The translations under genes were made by a program, and so were the position numbers. Positions 14,450-29,029 of a stretch of 64,000 bases of DNA are shown here, in pieces. Position 1 is the stretch's first letter; each line of letters starts with the position of its first letter. Source of the stretch: the human T2T-CHM13v2.0 reference genome, Homo sapiens; NCBI RefSeq assembly GCF_009914755.1, contig NC_060925.1. One strand, 5' to 3'. The notes under the pieces are model-generated. The model searched no databases and had not been told where the DNA came from. It saw only the letters and a program-made list of their open reading frames with translations.

Positions 14450-15384
14450 TACATCATCAACTTCAAGCCGTATTTACAGATATCATCTCAGGAAAGACTA
14501 CTCAACACCCCTCATACAAAAGCTAATTATCACACCCCTTCTCTTTCCCTGCAGATGTGGAAGATCTGAGATCTCTATGGTAATATTAGATAGAGGTGGG
14601 AAGAAATAGCTATTGAGATGTTTCCTTTGCCCAGGGGGAGGTAACCACCTCCACATCATTTGAAAGTTGATAAGAGAACTATCTGCCAATCTTCTCATCA
14701 GTATGGATTTAAATAAGGGACGATGTCTCCATTTTTTTCTTTTTTTTTTTTTTCCATTTTTCCTTTTCTACTTTAAAACTACAGTAAGGTTATGCTTTGA
14801 AAAGCAATTTTTGAAGTTACCATTAGCCAAAAGAACATCATTACCATTGTTTGTCCTGTCAAACATATAAAAATATTCTAACCCAAGCATTTGCCATCTT
14901 GAACAGAGTATGTGTTTGCAGGCAGACAGTTCGAATCTCATTTCTACTAGTGACCAGAAACAAATTACTTAAGCCCTTTGAGCTTCAAATTCCTTATCTG
15001 TTGAATGAGAGTGGGAAGATCAACTTCAGAGTGTAATAAGGGGATTAGACGGGATGACCAACCTAAATCACCAGGCACAGTGTGAGGCACAGAAAGGGGG
15101 CTCCTCTTCATCCCTGGGAGGGAAGTTAGAGTGAAGCTTCCACTCCCCCTGCTTTTACATATAAATTGTTCACTCCCCTGTGGAAGAACAGTAAATTGCC
15201 TTAATCATTTTTTATTACCACAAGTAGTTTAAACTGGTAATCTATAATAGTTTATTCATTATGGTTTTCTACCACTTTTCTATGCTTGTGCCTTAAGGAA
15301 TTTTGGGTTGATATGTTTGAAATTTAAATAAAGTAGTATTAAGTTATAAATCTGTATCCAGAAAAACAACTGAAGTGAAAGTTC

Positions 15385-15682
15385 GGCCAACTGCGGTGGC
15401 TCACGCCTGTAATCCCAGCACTTTGGGAGGCAGATCACTTGAGGTCAGGAGCTCGAGACCAGCCTGGCCAACATGGTGAAACTCTGTCTCTACTAAAAAT
15501 AGAAAAAAAAATTTAGCTGAGTGTGGTGGCGCACTCCTGTAATCCCAACTACTCGGGAGGCTGCTGCTAGAGAATCACTTGAGCCCAGGAGGCAGAGGTT
15601 GCAGTGAGCTGAGATGGCGCCACGCCACTGCACTCCAGCCTGGGTGATAGAGCAAGACTCTGTCTAAAAAAAAACAACAACA
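15385..15682 (+). mobile_element. AluS
   Basis: Alu dimer with TSD AAGTGAAAGTTC. Confidence 0.9.
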
Positions 15683-16697
15683 AGTGAAAGTTCAGTACTT
15701 ACTGGTCCAATGAACATATTCATTGAAAATCTGGTTCGATTATCATCCAAATAAATAATTTGTTTTCGAGTATATTTTATGTAGAAAAAAAGTTTCTAAA
15801 TCTGTAAAACTACTTTTCCTGCCCATTATCTACTGATGTTTAAAATTTGCATTTCTTTAATAAGACACATTTATTTTAGTAAGACGGTATGCAAAGTGTT
15901 TTAAGAAATCACTGACTACTTAAAACTTGATGCTCATAAAGGATCCCCGAATGACCAAACTTCTTGGCTTGCCCCAATAAGACATAGAATTTTAATGTCT
16001 CACCTACCACTGCAATATAACTATACATTTCATACATAGTCACATCATCTGTGTTTTCTTTTTTCAATTACATCTGATTAAACAGAATGTTCTGTTCAGT
16101 ACCTAGCACACCATCAAAAACAAGTATTTAAATAATGTGTGGCTTAAGTGGCATGAGCTGAAAAGAACACTCTGGATTCCTAAACTCTTAATTCCTGTTC
16201 TTCTTATTCTGTGAGATCCTTGTGGAGAAAGCTGGTGAGAGGTATGGTATGCAGTTATCCCATTTAAGCTAAGGAGAGGCTAGATAACATGAGCTTCAAG
16301 AATACTCAGTGTTAACTTCAGAAAGACTTTTTAAAGAGTGCCATACACTATGGTAGATCACCAAAAGAGACAAAGGTCTACAGTATTCTTTAAAAGCTCC
16401 AGAAAAGAAAGTTTTGTTTTATTGTCTGCTGAGGCGGTGGGGATAAAGACGGAGGGAACACAGCTCTTCCTAGAAGCAGTGTATGCGAATAAATGACCCT
16501 CCATGTGTCTTCCAGATAAATACATTCTCCTTAATTGTTAAATATAAGCAGGTGTATGCTTGTGTAAATTTCTTTTAAAAAGTCTAAATCTGGTTTCTCT
16601 GAAACAGGTAAAAATACAGAAATTTTCAAACGTCTTTCAGCTTTTAAGAGCTGAAGTCACAAGGCAACAAAACTAACGCACATGAAATGTGAGATGC

Positions 16698-17017
<320 letters not shown>

Positions 17018-17631
17018 CTAAAAATAGATTATTTGTTTAACAGCCTTTGATAACTGTAATTCTATAAAGATAGGAACCTCTCTTTAGGGACCTAATCTAA
17101 ACTTTATTCTGGAATAAAGCCTGATCTAAGCTAATTTGCTACACTATTACTCAAGCAAAAAGAATTCTTTCAGACCATGATATAATCATACAAATAAAAT
17201 GTTCCAAATACATAACTTGAAGTCATACAAATATAATGTTTCAAATACACAACTTGAAAGATTTTTAGTTTCAAAACACAATTTTGGTTGTGTTTTGTGC
17301 AAATCTGTGCAAATAAAACCAGACCTTTGTAAATAATAATACAAGTATTTAAGCAAAAGTTAAGCTACTGGTCTGTAGAGCTGCACACTTTGCAGTTATG
17401 CTCAGAAATATACAAATCCTACTGATCAGGTGGTCAAACTGCTAAAGGAGATACTGTAATATCCCATTTTTTTCCTAGACCCTCAAAATTAGAAGCTCAA
17501 ATTTTATTCTGCAGCATCATGAAATAACTAGAAATAATTATGCCTCTGCAGCACTGAAAGATAAAATGCCATAAACTTAGGAATTAAACTATGATCACTT
17601 CAACTGAGCTTTTTAAAATAAGCCATTACTT

Positions 17632-17963
17632 TCTCTTTCTTTTTTTTTTTTTTTTGAGACAGTCTCGCTCTGTCCCCCAGGCTAGAATGCAATGGCTCAC
17701 TGCAACCTCCGCCTCAAGGGTTCAAGATTCGCGATCTCGGCTCACTGCAACCTCCGCCTCTAGGGTTCAAGATTCTCCTGCCTCAGCCTCCTGAGTAGCT
17801 GGGATTACAGGCACACGCCACCACGCCCAGCTAATTTTTGTATTTTTGGTAGAGATGGGGTTTCACCATGTTGGTCAGGCTGGTCTCAAACTCCTGACCT
17901 CGTGATCCACCCACCTCGGCCTCCCAAAGTGCTGGGATTACAGGCGTAGCCACCGTGCCCGGC
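17632..17963 (-). mobile_element. AluS with an internal 34-bp templated insertion
   Basis: Alu motifs; 17697-17730 duplicates 17742-17775. Confidence 0.9.
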
Positions 17964-18019
17964 CCAGCTATTATTTTCTTAAAACCATCTATATAAGGGC
18001 TATATGATGACATCGGTTT

Positions 18020-18190
18020 GACTGCATTGTCATACAGTAGCCACCAGGCATGTGGCTATTTAAATATAATTAAAATTAACTCAGGTTCAGTTCTTCAGTT
18101 CCCTTGGCCACATTTGAAGTGCAGTAGCCACATGTGGCTGGTGACTGCCATGCTGGACAGCAAAGATACAGAGCATTTCCATTACAGCTG
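18020..18190. mobile_element. MER3/MER33-like hAT fossil
   Basis: gtagccaccaggcatgtggctatt...gccacatgtggctggtgactgccatgctggacag. Confidence 0.65.
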
Positions 18191-18707
18191 GACATTCATG
18201 CCAAATATACAGCATCTCCAATGACCAAGTGACAGGCAAATTCAAGCCTTCTGGTCTTCCAGGTGGCACTACCAAATACTGTGTAGTTTTGTAAATAATT
18301 TTTTAAAATTTATTATTTCAACAGCAGGTACAAACAAAAATTTTTATGAAACTATCAGCTGAAAAGAGCAGAGAGTAGCTTTTAGAGTTAGCCAAGCTCT
18401 TTCTTAAGAACACATTTTTGTTTTGAGCATAACACTTCACAAAATCAAAGTAGTGAATAAAAGATATCTAATGTAATTTTCAAACGACTAAGAATTTTTG
18501 CTTTTGGTAACTGCCTCCCTTTACATGAAAATCAAATACAACATGCGGATCACTAAAAAGCCAAACTCTCAAAGTGCAAATAATCTCTTCTTTCATCAGG
18601 AAAAAGATGTCAAGTATGAAAGTAAAACCAGTTTCTCCTCGGCAAGTTGTGGAAATATCATAGAACTAGAGATACTAACAATGGCAGGTATCTGAAAGTG
18701 AGAGTAA

Positions 18708-19209
<502 letters not shown>

Positions 19210-21381
19210 TTAATATAATGCAGTCTAAATAGTAAACCATTATCTTCAGAATGCCTTTAAAAGCAAATCAAGGGTTGTACCTAATGCCACAGAACTGTAC
19301 ACTTAAATATAGTTAAAATGGCATATTTTATTTTATGTATATTTTACCACAATAAAAGTACATCAAGGCAATTGTCTACATTCTGAGACTATCCATTTTT
19401 TTACACTAAATGGCTTTTCCTGATAAATTGGTTAGAATTTTCCAAAGCAATGTAACAAAATTACATTTATGTTGGAATAAAAATCCAAGCATATGAAAAG
19501 CCAAAGATGAGAAATATACTTAATAAAAGTTTTATTTTCAAATATCCAAAATATTACAGTATAAAGACACATATAACATGAGTCTACTAAATGAAAAATT
19601 ATTTCATATTTTTATATATCACAAATCTGAGAATCTCCACTTTAACCAACATTGGAAATTCAGAGGCGTTTATCTACCGCCTATTGCAAGCTAGACACTG
19701 TACTAATCACACTTCCTTCATAAACATAACTCTAATCCTCAAACCACCCTAAGAGCTGAGTACTATTATCCCCATTTTACAGATGATGAAACTGAGGGAC
19801 AAGTTTTTTTTAAGTGGCTACGTCACTAAAGGTAGTAGCTGAGCAATACTGAAGTGTTAGTCTGACTTCAAAGCTGGTGTAAGTGCCATCATACCACACT
19901 GAGTCTGTGTTAGGATTGTATTCTGACATCAGAAAGGCAATCAGAAGAACCATACTGCTAAATTGAATATAGTCTCAAGAGCCACATAACGTTTTATGAA
20001 TTCGGCTACACAACGGATACCTTGGTAGGGTATCTCCAAAGGATACCTTGACAAAAAACAAGGAAGAAACCATATAGCAACAACTGATACGTGTTTCTCT
20101 TGCTCCTACTGTTAGGAAAAATTCACAGACAATCCGTACAAGTTACTTCAACACAAAGAAATGTAAATCCAGGAAATAAAAATCTTAACAGCAAAATCCA
20201 TCACCCTTATCTATGGTCCATTATTTCAATATTGGGTATTCACACTACAAACCTGATTTCATAACCAGGCATTAAACTAAAATAAGATGCATAATGCTAT
20301 TAATACTTTCAAATTCCTTGAATCCTGGCAGGACAAAATATCCCAAACCCTCTAAACCCAATTACTAATTCTAGTGAATTGTTAAGTCGACCCAGTGAGA
20401 GTTTGGGACGCCCTCCATGACACAAGCAGGGGGCCAGGGAACAGCATATTATACTCTGTATGTATGACTGCAAACTTTGTCATCACTCCATTCCACAGAC
20501 TTCATAAAAGTAAAAGCTTTTTGTTTCTTTGTCTGAACAAATGGAGCCACAAGCATAGGATGCCTGCAAGATGTCCCCACTTCAGTGGGAGAGGTGCAAA
20601 TACAACTTCCACGAAGAAACTCGCTACTGAAGTCTGCAGAAGCCACCGCAACACACCGCAAACCTCCATTCCGCGATCGCTGAATGACAGAGACATTTCT
20701 GAAATGTCTCAAACCTGCTGTTCATCTGTGGCCTGGTGGCCGTGTCAAAAGCCTGCGGAGCTCCTAAAGAAGGCACTAATCCTCTCCGGAGGTCTTGCTA
20801 AAAGCTGTGGGAAACGAAGGGAGCCAGGCACGTACGCTTTCCTGCAATCTAAAACTTCCGAGATTGCATTTACCAAAACCCCTTTCCACAAAGAGGTAAG
20901 GGTGACTTAGCTGCTACTGTGGATATCAAGATCGAAATTCAATTAAAAACAAAGCAAAGGTACCCGTTCCAGTAACGTATGTTTCACTCCAGTAAAAAGT
21001 AAAAAGACACAGCAAAGAACAAGGTCCCCGGTTCCCGTATTCTTGACCTTCAAGAACTGCAAAAAAGTCAAGACCCAGTGAAAGACGAAAAGTTTGAGTG
21101 GCTGCTGGGCTCGCGGGCGGCTCGCCTGACTCCGGAGCAGCTGGAGGAACCCGCCTCGAGGTTAGGGTCTCGCCGCGCCCCCACGACGGCTGTGGGCGCA
21201 GAGCCCAGAGGATGGAGCCTCCCCTTCCTGAAACCCGCTCGAAGCTCGGAAAGCCCCGGCCCCTCCGCGCGGGCTGCGGCCCCCAGGCTCCTTCCCCGAC
21301 GCGCCCGAGGGCGCGGACCAGCCCCCGGCACGCGACCCCGCACACTTCCGGGCCCGACGCCCTGGCCGCTCGCCCACTTAC

Positions 21382-21408
21382 CGGCATCATCTTGGACCCG
21401 AACCGCAT
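21382..21408 (-). CDS. TP53BP2: TP53BP2 (ASPP2) coding part of exon 1, MRFGSKMMP
   Basis: Minus strand reads ATG CGG TTC GGG TCC AAG ATG ATG CCG then the consensus donor GTAAGT (21381-21376). The peptide matches the known ASPP2 N-terminus (MRFGSKMMPMFLTV...) and lies in a CpG island. Confidence 0.95.
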
Positions 21409-21680
21409 GGAAGCGGGTGGCCAGACTGCGGCCCCGGCCGAGCTGAGGTGCCCCGGAGGGTCGCGGATGCGGGGGAGGGGAGCGGAGAGCGAGGCCGCCC
21501 GGACCTGTTGCGAGGCGGCGGCGGCGGCAGCGGCGGCGCGCGGGTCCGAAGGGCCCTCCGCGCGGGCTGGGGCACCAACAAGCCCCGGGCTCCCCCGCCC
21601 CGGCCGGGCCCCCTGACGCGGCTTTGTCTCTTCGACGCTCGTGACGGTCGGGGCTCCCTCCTCCGCTCCGAAACCAACTA
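21409..21680 (-). other. TP53BP2: TP53BP2 exon 1 5' UTR (TSS approximate)
   Basis: GC-rich, ATG-free leader upstream of the start codon, with a GCC tract at about 21514-21538. The TSS position is estimated. Confidence 0.75.
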
Positions 21681-22885
21681 ATCCCGGGTCGGGCCCCAGC
21701 CGAGCCCGTGCCGGCTCCGCCCCCCGCGCCGACCCCGCCCGCGGCGCGCCCGGCGGCCTGGGGGAGGGGCGGCCGCGGGAACGGGAGCTGCGCGCGCCTG
21801 CGCGGGCCCGGCTGGGTAGACGGGGAGCGGCGGGAGCCGGCCGCCTTTTCTTTCTTCGCCCCGGACTGAAGTGCGGTCGGGGCCGCGCGGCGGAGCGGCT
21901 GGAGCGCGCGCCTCCTAGCGGAGCCGGGGCAATTGGAAGGCCGCGCCTCAGGAAAACAGGATGGTAGTGAATGGCACCGAGCCGCCCCAGGGCTGCCGCC
22001 GTCACCTCCTCGGCGGCTCCGAGTCGTGCGAGGCAGGGGACCCTTTGCCTTCAGAACAGGGCGCCCGACGTTGGGCGCGTGGACAGAGTCCTCCGGCGGC
22101 CGCGCCGCTGGGCCAGGCGGAGAGAGGCGGACGGACTTCAGGGGAGGCCCGGGCCACGCCGCGGAAACTACCCGACTCCCTGGAGGCGGCCAGGACCGAC
22201 CCTGTCCCGACAAAATGGAGTTCCCCGTGTGGCTTCAGCTCGCGGCGCGTTCCCAGAGCTCCTCAGTGATCCGGCTTTCGGATTGTTCGCCTTTCATCTC
22301 ATTTGCCGTTGTCCAAATTCTAATTTAAAACTCATGTGTTACTTGCTGTAAGGTTAACAAACGTACACCGCAAACTGGATAAAGGGATAACTTTTATGTT
22401 GTGTATGTTTTACCACAATAAAAATAAATTTTGTAAAAATGTGTCAGGCAGCATTCTGAGGAGCTTCCCTGGGGGGTGCTGGGAACACCCTGCAAACAGC
22501 CTCCGATACGGGGAGCCGGTGGATACCATCCTTTTCCAGGGAGGGAGGCCAAGGCCTAGGGAAATGGCAGGGCTGCCTTCCAAAGAGTAGCAGAGCGGGT
22601 TCAGGCTTTTATTCCACCTTCCAGAGAGACACATACTGCGGGAACCCTAACTCCAGGAAGCTTTGTTCTAGTAAGTTGTCAGTGCAAGTTCACTCAGAAT
22701 CACTTTTCTCTGCCTTTATACATGATTCTAGAACCTGAAGTGGGGTAAATCCCCTGGGTTTATCTAGTATCAAGAACAGACAATTCTTTCTTAGCCCACC
22801 ATATCCCTTACCAGAATCTCCATCGAACTCCCTATTGCACCATCCCAGATACTGTATCTGGAAATACTAAATTACGGTTAATTCA

Positions 22886-23227
<342 letters not shown>

Positions 23228-23279
23228 TTATAGTCTTGTTTTCTTAAGAGGGTTATACTGAGTTAAGCAAAATAAATTC

Positions 23280-24100
23280 ATCCCTCATTCAGTAAATATT
23301 TATTAAATACCTGCCACTTGGTAGATATTCTTCTAAGTCCTAGGGATACATCAATGAACAAAAAGTTCAAAAGACAAGTGTAGTTATTGTGAAAAAAATA
23401 GAATAAGGTAAGAGAAGGGGATAAGGTGTACAGGTGCAACTTTAAATATGGTGGTCAAGGTAAGCCTCACTGAAAAGGCGGTGTGTGAGCACAGTCTTGA
23501 AGGAAATGAGGGTGTGAACTCCACAAATATGAAGGAAGATTTCCAGGCAGAGGGAACAGCCAACGCTAAGGCCTGATATGGGAGCCTGCCTGGCAAATTC
23601 TGGGACCATCAAGGAGGCTAAGATAGCTGGAGCAGACGATGAGGGGAGAGTAGTAGGAGATGAGATGGAGTGATATGAAGGGCCAGACAAGGAGGGCCTT
23701 GTAGGCTATTCTAAGGACTTTACCTTTGCTCTGAGTGAAATGGGGAGTTATGGAAAGGTTTTGAACAGAAGAGTGATGTCAGCTGACATATTTTAAGAGC
23801 TGCTGTGGAAAACTGAAAGTCAACAGAGAACAGTAAGAAACTCTTGTGATAAGCCAAGCAAAAGATGGAAGTGGCTTGCTCAAAGGCGATAACAGCGTCT
23901 ATGGCAAATAGTGGTCAGGTTTTGGATATATTTTCAAGTCCAAACCCACAGAATTTCCTGACAGATTAGATGTGGAATATGAGAGAAAGAAGCCCAAATT
24001 TTTGTCCCAAAAGATGGAAGTTGCCACAAACCAAAATGGAGAAGACCATGAGTGGACCAAGTTACAGAAAAGAGGAGATCAATTGGGAACATGTTAACTT
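23280..24100. mobile_element. L2 fragment
   Basis: cattcagtaaatatttattaaatacc start followed by typical L2 body motifs. Confidence 0.65.
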
Positions 24101-24171
24101 TCAGAATCTTAATAATAAAAGAAACCCTAATACTGAAATTTAGCACGTTTGTGGGAAGCAATAATTCTTTT

Positions 24172-24719
24172 TTCTTTTAACTTTTAGGTTTGGGGCTACA
24201 TATGCAGGTTTGTTACATAGGCAAACTCGTGTCACAGGGGTTTGTTGTACAGATTATTTCATCACCCAGGTATGAAGCCCAGTACCCAATAGTTATCTTT
24301 TCTGCTCCACTCCTTCCGCTCACCCTCCACCCTCAAGTAGGCCCTACTGTCTGTTGTTCCCTTCTTTGCATTCATGAGTTCTCATCATTTAGCTCCCTCT
24401 TCTAAGTGAGAACATGCAGTATTGGGTTTTCTGTTCCTACGTTAGCTTGCTAAGGATAATAGCCTCCACTTCCATTCATGTTCCCACAAAAGACATGATC
24501 TTGATATTTTTTATGGCTGCATAGTATTCCATGGTGTATATGTAGCACATTTTCTTTATCCAGTCTGTTATTGATGGATATTTAGGTTGACTCAATGTCT
24601 TTGCTATTGTGAATAGTGCTACAATGAACATTCACATGCATGTGTCTTTATGGTAGAATGATTTATATTCCTCTGGGTATGCACTCAATAACGGGATTCC
24701 TGGGTTGAATGGTAGTTCT
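24172..24719 (-). mobile_element. 5'-truncated L1PA/PB 3' end
   Basis: L1P 3' UTR with TSD GGGAAGCAAYAATTCTTTT (about 24153-24171 / 24720-24738). Confidence 0.85.
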
Positions 24720-26437
24720 GGGAAGCAACAATTCTTTTTGGTAAACTGCAGTTCATAAAGGGACTATTTTACACCAAAAAACCTACTTCATATTCCACTG
24801 GGGTTTTTTTTTATTTTTTTGCAGACAAAGAAGTCCCCAAAACAGCTGAAGATATTATGATCCACAGTCATCCAGGAAAAGAATTCTGGATATTGGTCAC
24901 TAACCTTCCAGTTCTCACCAAAAAACCGTGTCTCATTACCACCCTAAAACTGGTTGTACACAATAGTAAATTATACTTAGTATGAGTGCTGGCAGCCCTA
25001 GCTTATTAATAAAATAATTACAATAGAAATGGAAGCAAGGAGAGAAGAATTGGAATAAGACAGTCCAGTTCTATTTCGTTACTGTCTGTTTACACAAATG
25101 CCCTGCCCAAGGGAAGGGAGGAGAAAAGGGACAGCAATTGGCAATATGTCCTGAAACTCACTTCTAGCCAATTGAGAATTCCCAGCTGCCAAATAGCAGG
25201 TATGTTGAGGACTTTTTTTTTTTTAATCATAGAAGCGTGAAACCAAAGAACCCTTGTCTGTGCTTTGGTTTCATTCTCTCAGATTCTGTACCACTCAAAC
25301 ATGGCTCTCAGAAGGGTTGTTTTCTACCAAGTTTCAATTTCTCTCCGCTCCCACCCTCACCTGCTTATTCTTTCAAGAGCCTCTGTTTGGTTCTCCCCAC
25401 CCTATAATTCTCTACTCAACTCCAAGAAAGATAAGTCAAAATGCCACATTCTGAGCGGGGAGGAGCTATCTTCTCTTTTGGCTCTCACCCCACCCCTTGG
25501 CACAGTACAATTAATTATCTATTTGGTTTGAATTCAAATGTTTAAGTTCCCAACTTTCTCCCTGTGTTACTCGTTCTCATCTTCCACAGATGTCCCAAAC
25601 TTTGAGTCCCTCTCTCCTCTCAGAAGATGAATTCCCATCTTACTCAGCCAATGAAACAGAGACTATTGAGATTGCACTCCTGCAATACCTATTCCCTTCA
25701 CCTCCAACTCATCTGGGTTCTTCTCTACCCTCTCCCCACTCCTTTTGTTTATCTCTTTTACTAATACTCGTGTGGCTGTATTTTGCCAGGCCCTGTTCTA
25801 GACTTTAGAGGTAACAGAGAAGAGACTTGCCTTCATGGAGCTTATATTCTAGTTGGGAGGAGCTAGATAACAAACACATGAATAAGGTAATAATAAATGC
25901 TACGAAAAAAATAGCAACTAGGTAAATCTAAGAGAATAGCACCTGTTTTAGATAGGCTGGCCAGAGAAAGCCTCTGAGGAATGAGGGGAGGGAGGGAATC
26001 AGACTCTGGGCAGTGGGAACAGCAAGGACAAAGAGCTTGAGGCAGCCTTGTGCTTGGCATCTCAAAGACATGGCAAAAAGATCAGTGTGCCCAGGGCAGA
26101 GTGAACAAGGAGGGGAGTGGTAAGAGAGGTGGAAGATGTAGCCAGTGCCCAGGTCATGTAGAATCATTTAATATTCCACCAATTATCCTCCCTCTTGAAA
26201 CCAGAGATACTCCATTTTTACAGTTTCCTTAACCTACGGATTTATTCAGTTATCTCCTACATTCCCCTCAAGTTAGCAGTAATCTGAAAGAAAAATGGGG
26301 CAGAAGCTTGTGTATCAAGCCTCTTTGCATCCATTTATACTTTTCCCTCTGCTTTAAAAACCTTCCCCTCCCTCCACCTTACCCTATATGGTAAACTTTT
26401 ATTCGCCTTTCAAGTTCCTACCTAAATGCCTAAATGT

Positions 26438-26733
26438 CTTTTTTTTTTTTTAAGAAACAAGGTCTTACACTGTTACTGAGGTTGGAGTGCAGTGGCATGA
26501 TTATAGCTCACTGTAACCTCAAACTGCTGAGATCAAGCCATCCTCCCACCTCAGCCTCCCAAGTAGCTGTGATTACAAGCATGCATCACCATGCCTGGCT
26601 AATTTTTAAATGTTTTGTAGAGATGGTGTCTCACTGTGTTGCCCAGGCTGGTCTAGAACTCCTGGCCTAAAGCAATCCTCCTGCCTCAGCCTCCCAAAGT
26701 GTTCGGCTTACAGGCATGAGCCACTACATTGGC
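26438..26733 (-). mobile_element. AluJ
   Basis: Alu dimer with TSD TAAATGTC. Confidence 0.88.
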
Positions 26734-27094
26734 TAAATGTCACTCTTAAGGCCATGTTTGATGTTTCTTACACAGAATTAATCAATATTTCATGTATATT
26801 CCATAGTACCATGTTGTGGTATTTACAACATGACAGAAAAAAACCACATCTGTCTCCCTAACTAGCTGCAAGGCAAAAACGATTTCTTACTCATTTATTT
26901 GTATATCTTTAGCCCTAACATTGTGCCTAGGGAATAATAGATACTCAATGGTATAGTACCTAATAAATGCTTACCATGCTGTCTTTTCTCTTTACTAGGT
27001 ACAGGAATAGCGAGATTTTTGTTCTGATTCTTGCAATAGCCTTGGGCAAGTCTTCCCACAACTTCTCTTGCCTGCTGCAATTCATTCTCTACCC

Positions 27095-27420
27095 TAGAGC
27101 TTAGCAAACTACAGCCCAAATTTGGCCTTCTGCCTGTTTTTGTATTGCCTATGAGCAAAAATCATTTTTACATTTTTAAATTGTGAGGGGGAAAATCAAA
27201 ACAAGATGAAGAATATTTTGTGACATGCAAAAACTATATGAAATTCAAATTTCAGTGTCCATAAATAAGGTTTTATTGGAACACAGACACACTTATTTAT
27301 TTATGTATTGTCTAGTGCGGCTTTCAAGCTACAACAAGAGTTAAATAGTTGCAACAGAGCCTGTACAGCCAGCAAAGCCTAAAATATTTACTACCTGGAA
27401 ATGTGCTGACTTTTGCTCTA
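27095..27420. mobile_element. MER58B-like hAT fossil
   Basis: agcaaactacagcccaaatttggcc...aaagcctaaaatatttactacctgg. Confidence 0.7.
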
Positions 27421-28327
27421 CCCAGCAGCAAGAATGGTCTTTTTAACACAAGTGTAATTATATCACTCCTGTGGTTAAAACTTCTCATCTAAGTAGATGG
27501 GGTATGGATGGGCCAGGACTAAAGGCTGAAGGGTGTTAGGGTCAGGTGATGAATAATACCCGGGAGTGATGAGTTACATTTTTCTCTCTTCTTCTGTATG
27601 CTCTAAATTTTAGATAATAAAATGACTTAAAAAAGAAAAGCCTTCAGTTGCTTTTTATTGCTGTTAGGATAAAGAATACTTCAACATGGCCTCTAAGCCT
27701 TCACATGGTCTATTTCATACCCACCCTCCAAGGTAGTTGGAGTAGGAAGAAAACCCAGCACACATATATCTCCTCATAATCATGACAAAAGATTCAAAAT
27801 TGGTAACTTTGTAGGATAAACTCAGTGTTTGAAGACATATATCTATGATATATGACTCTAGCTTGATTTGGCTAAAGTAATTCCCTGTTTTATTGGTAGC
27901 CCGTGGAAAAAGGAGCCCATGATTTATTTTCTTCTATTGTCAGTTCTCTCTCCATTACCTCACCCCCTCCTCACTCATTTAGTCTGCCTTTCAGCCTCAT
28001 CCCTCCTCTGAAACAGCTCTTGCCAAAGTCACCAATGGCCTGTGTTTCACTGATCCAATAAACATCTTCAGTCTCATCTTCCTCAACCTTCTAGAACAAC
28101 TTAGCTGTTGCTCATTCCTTTCAAAACACCCTTTTCACTTGACTTATATGACAAGGCTCTTACAGTTTTTCTCCTACCTCCCTGATTACTTCTTGGTATC
28201 CTTTGAAGGCTCATTTTTGTTCACCAGACTTTACAAGTTGAAGGTCCTGTAGTCTCAGTCCTAGCCATTTCCTCTTTTCACTGACTACCTTCACTTCTTC
28301 CTTAGAAAGTTGTCTTCACAGTCTTAA

Positions 28328-28986
<659 letters not shown>

Positions 28987-29029
28987 TAATTTTTTATATT
29001 TTCAACCTAGGCTGCTTCTCTAGGTTCTA

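Larger units (their letters stand above)
21100..22280. promoter_or_regulatory. CpG island / TATA-less TP53BP2 promoter
   Basis: Very high GC and CpG density. GC boxes (e.g. about 21717-21725 and 21760-21773), NRF1-type GCGCCTGCGC at 21794-21803, ETS CCGGAAGT (minus) at 21344-21351, ATTGG at 21932-21936. Confidence 0.9.

Noticed and set aside
20926-22351. Many long overlapping ORFs (up to 381 aa) on both strands
   Set aside because: Expected from stop-poor CpG-island DNA. Only the 27-nt exon 1 segment matches a known protein and ends at a consensus donor.
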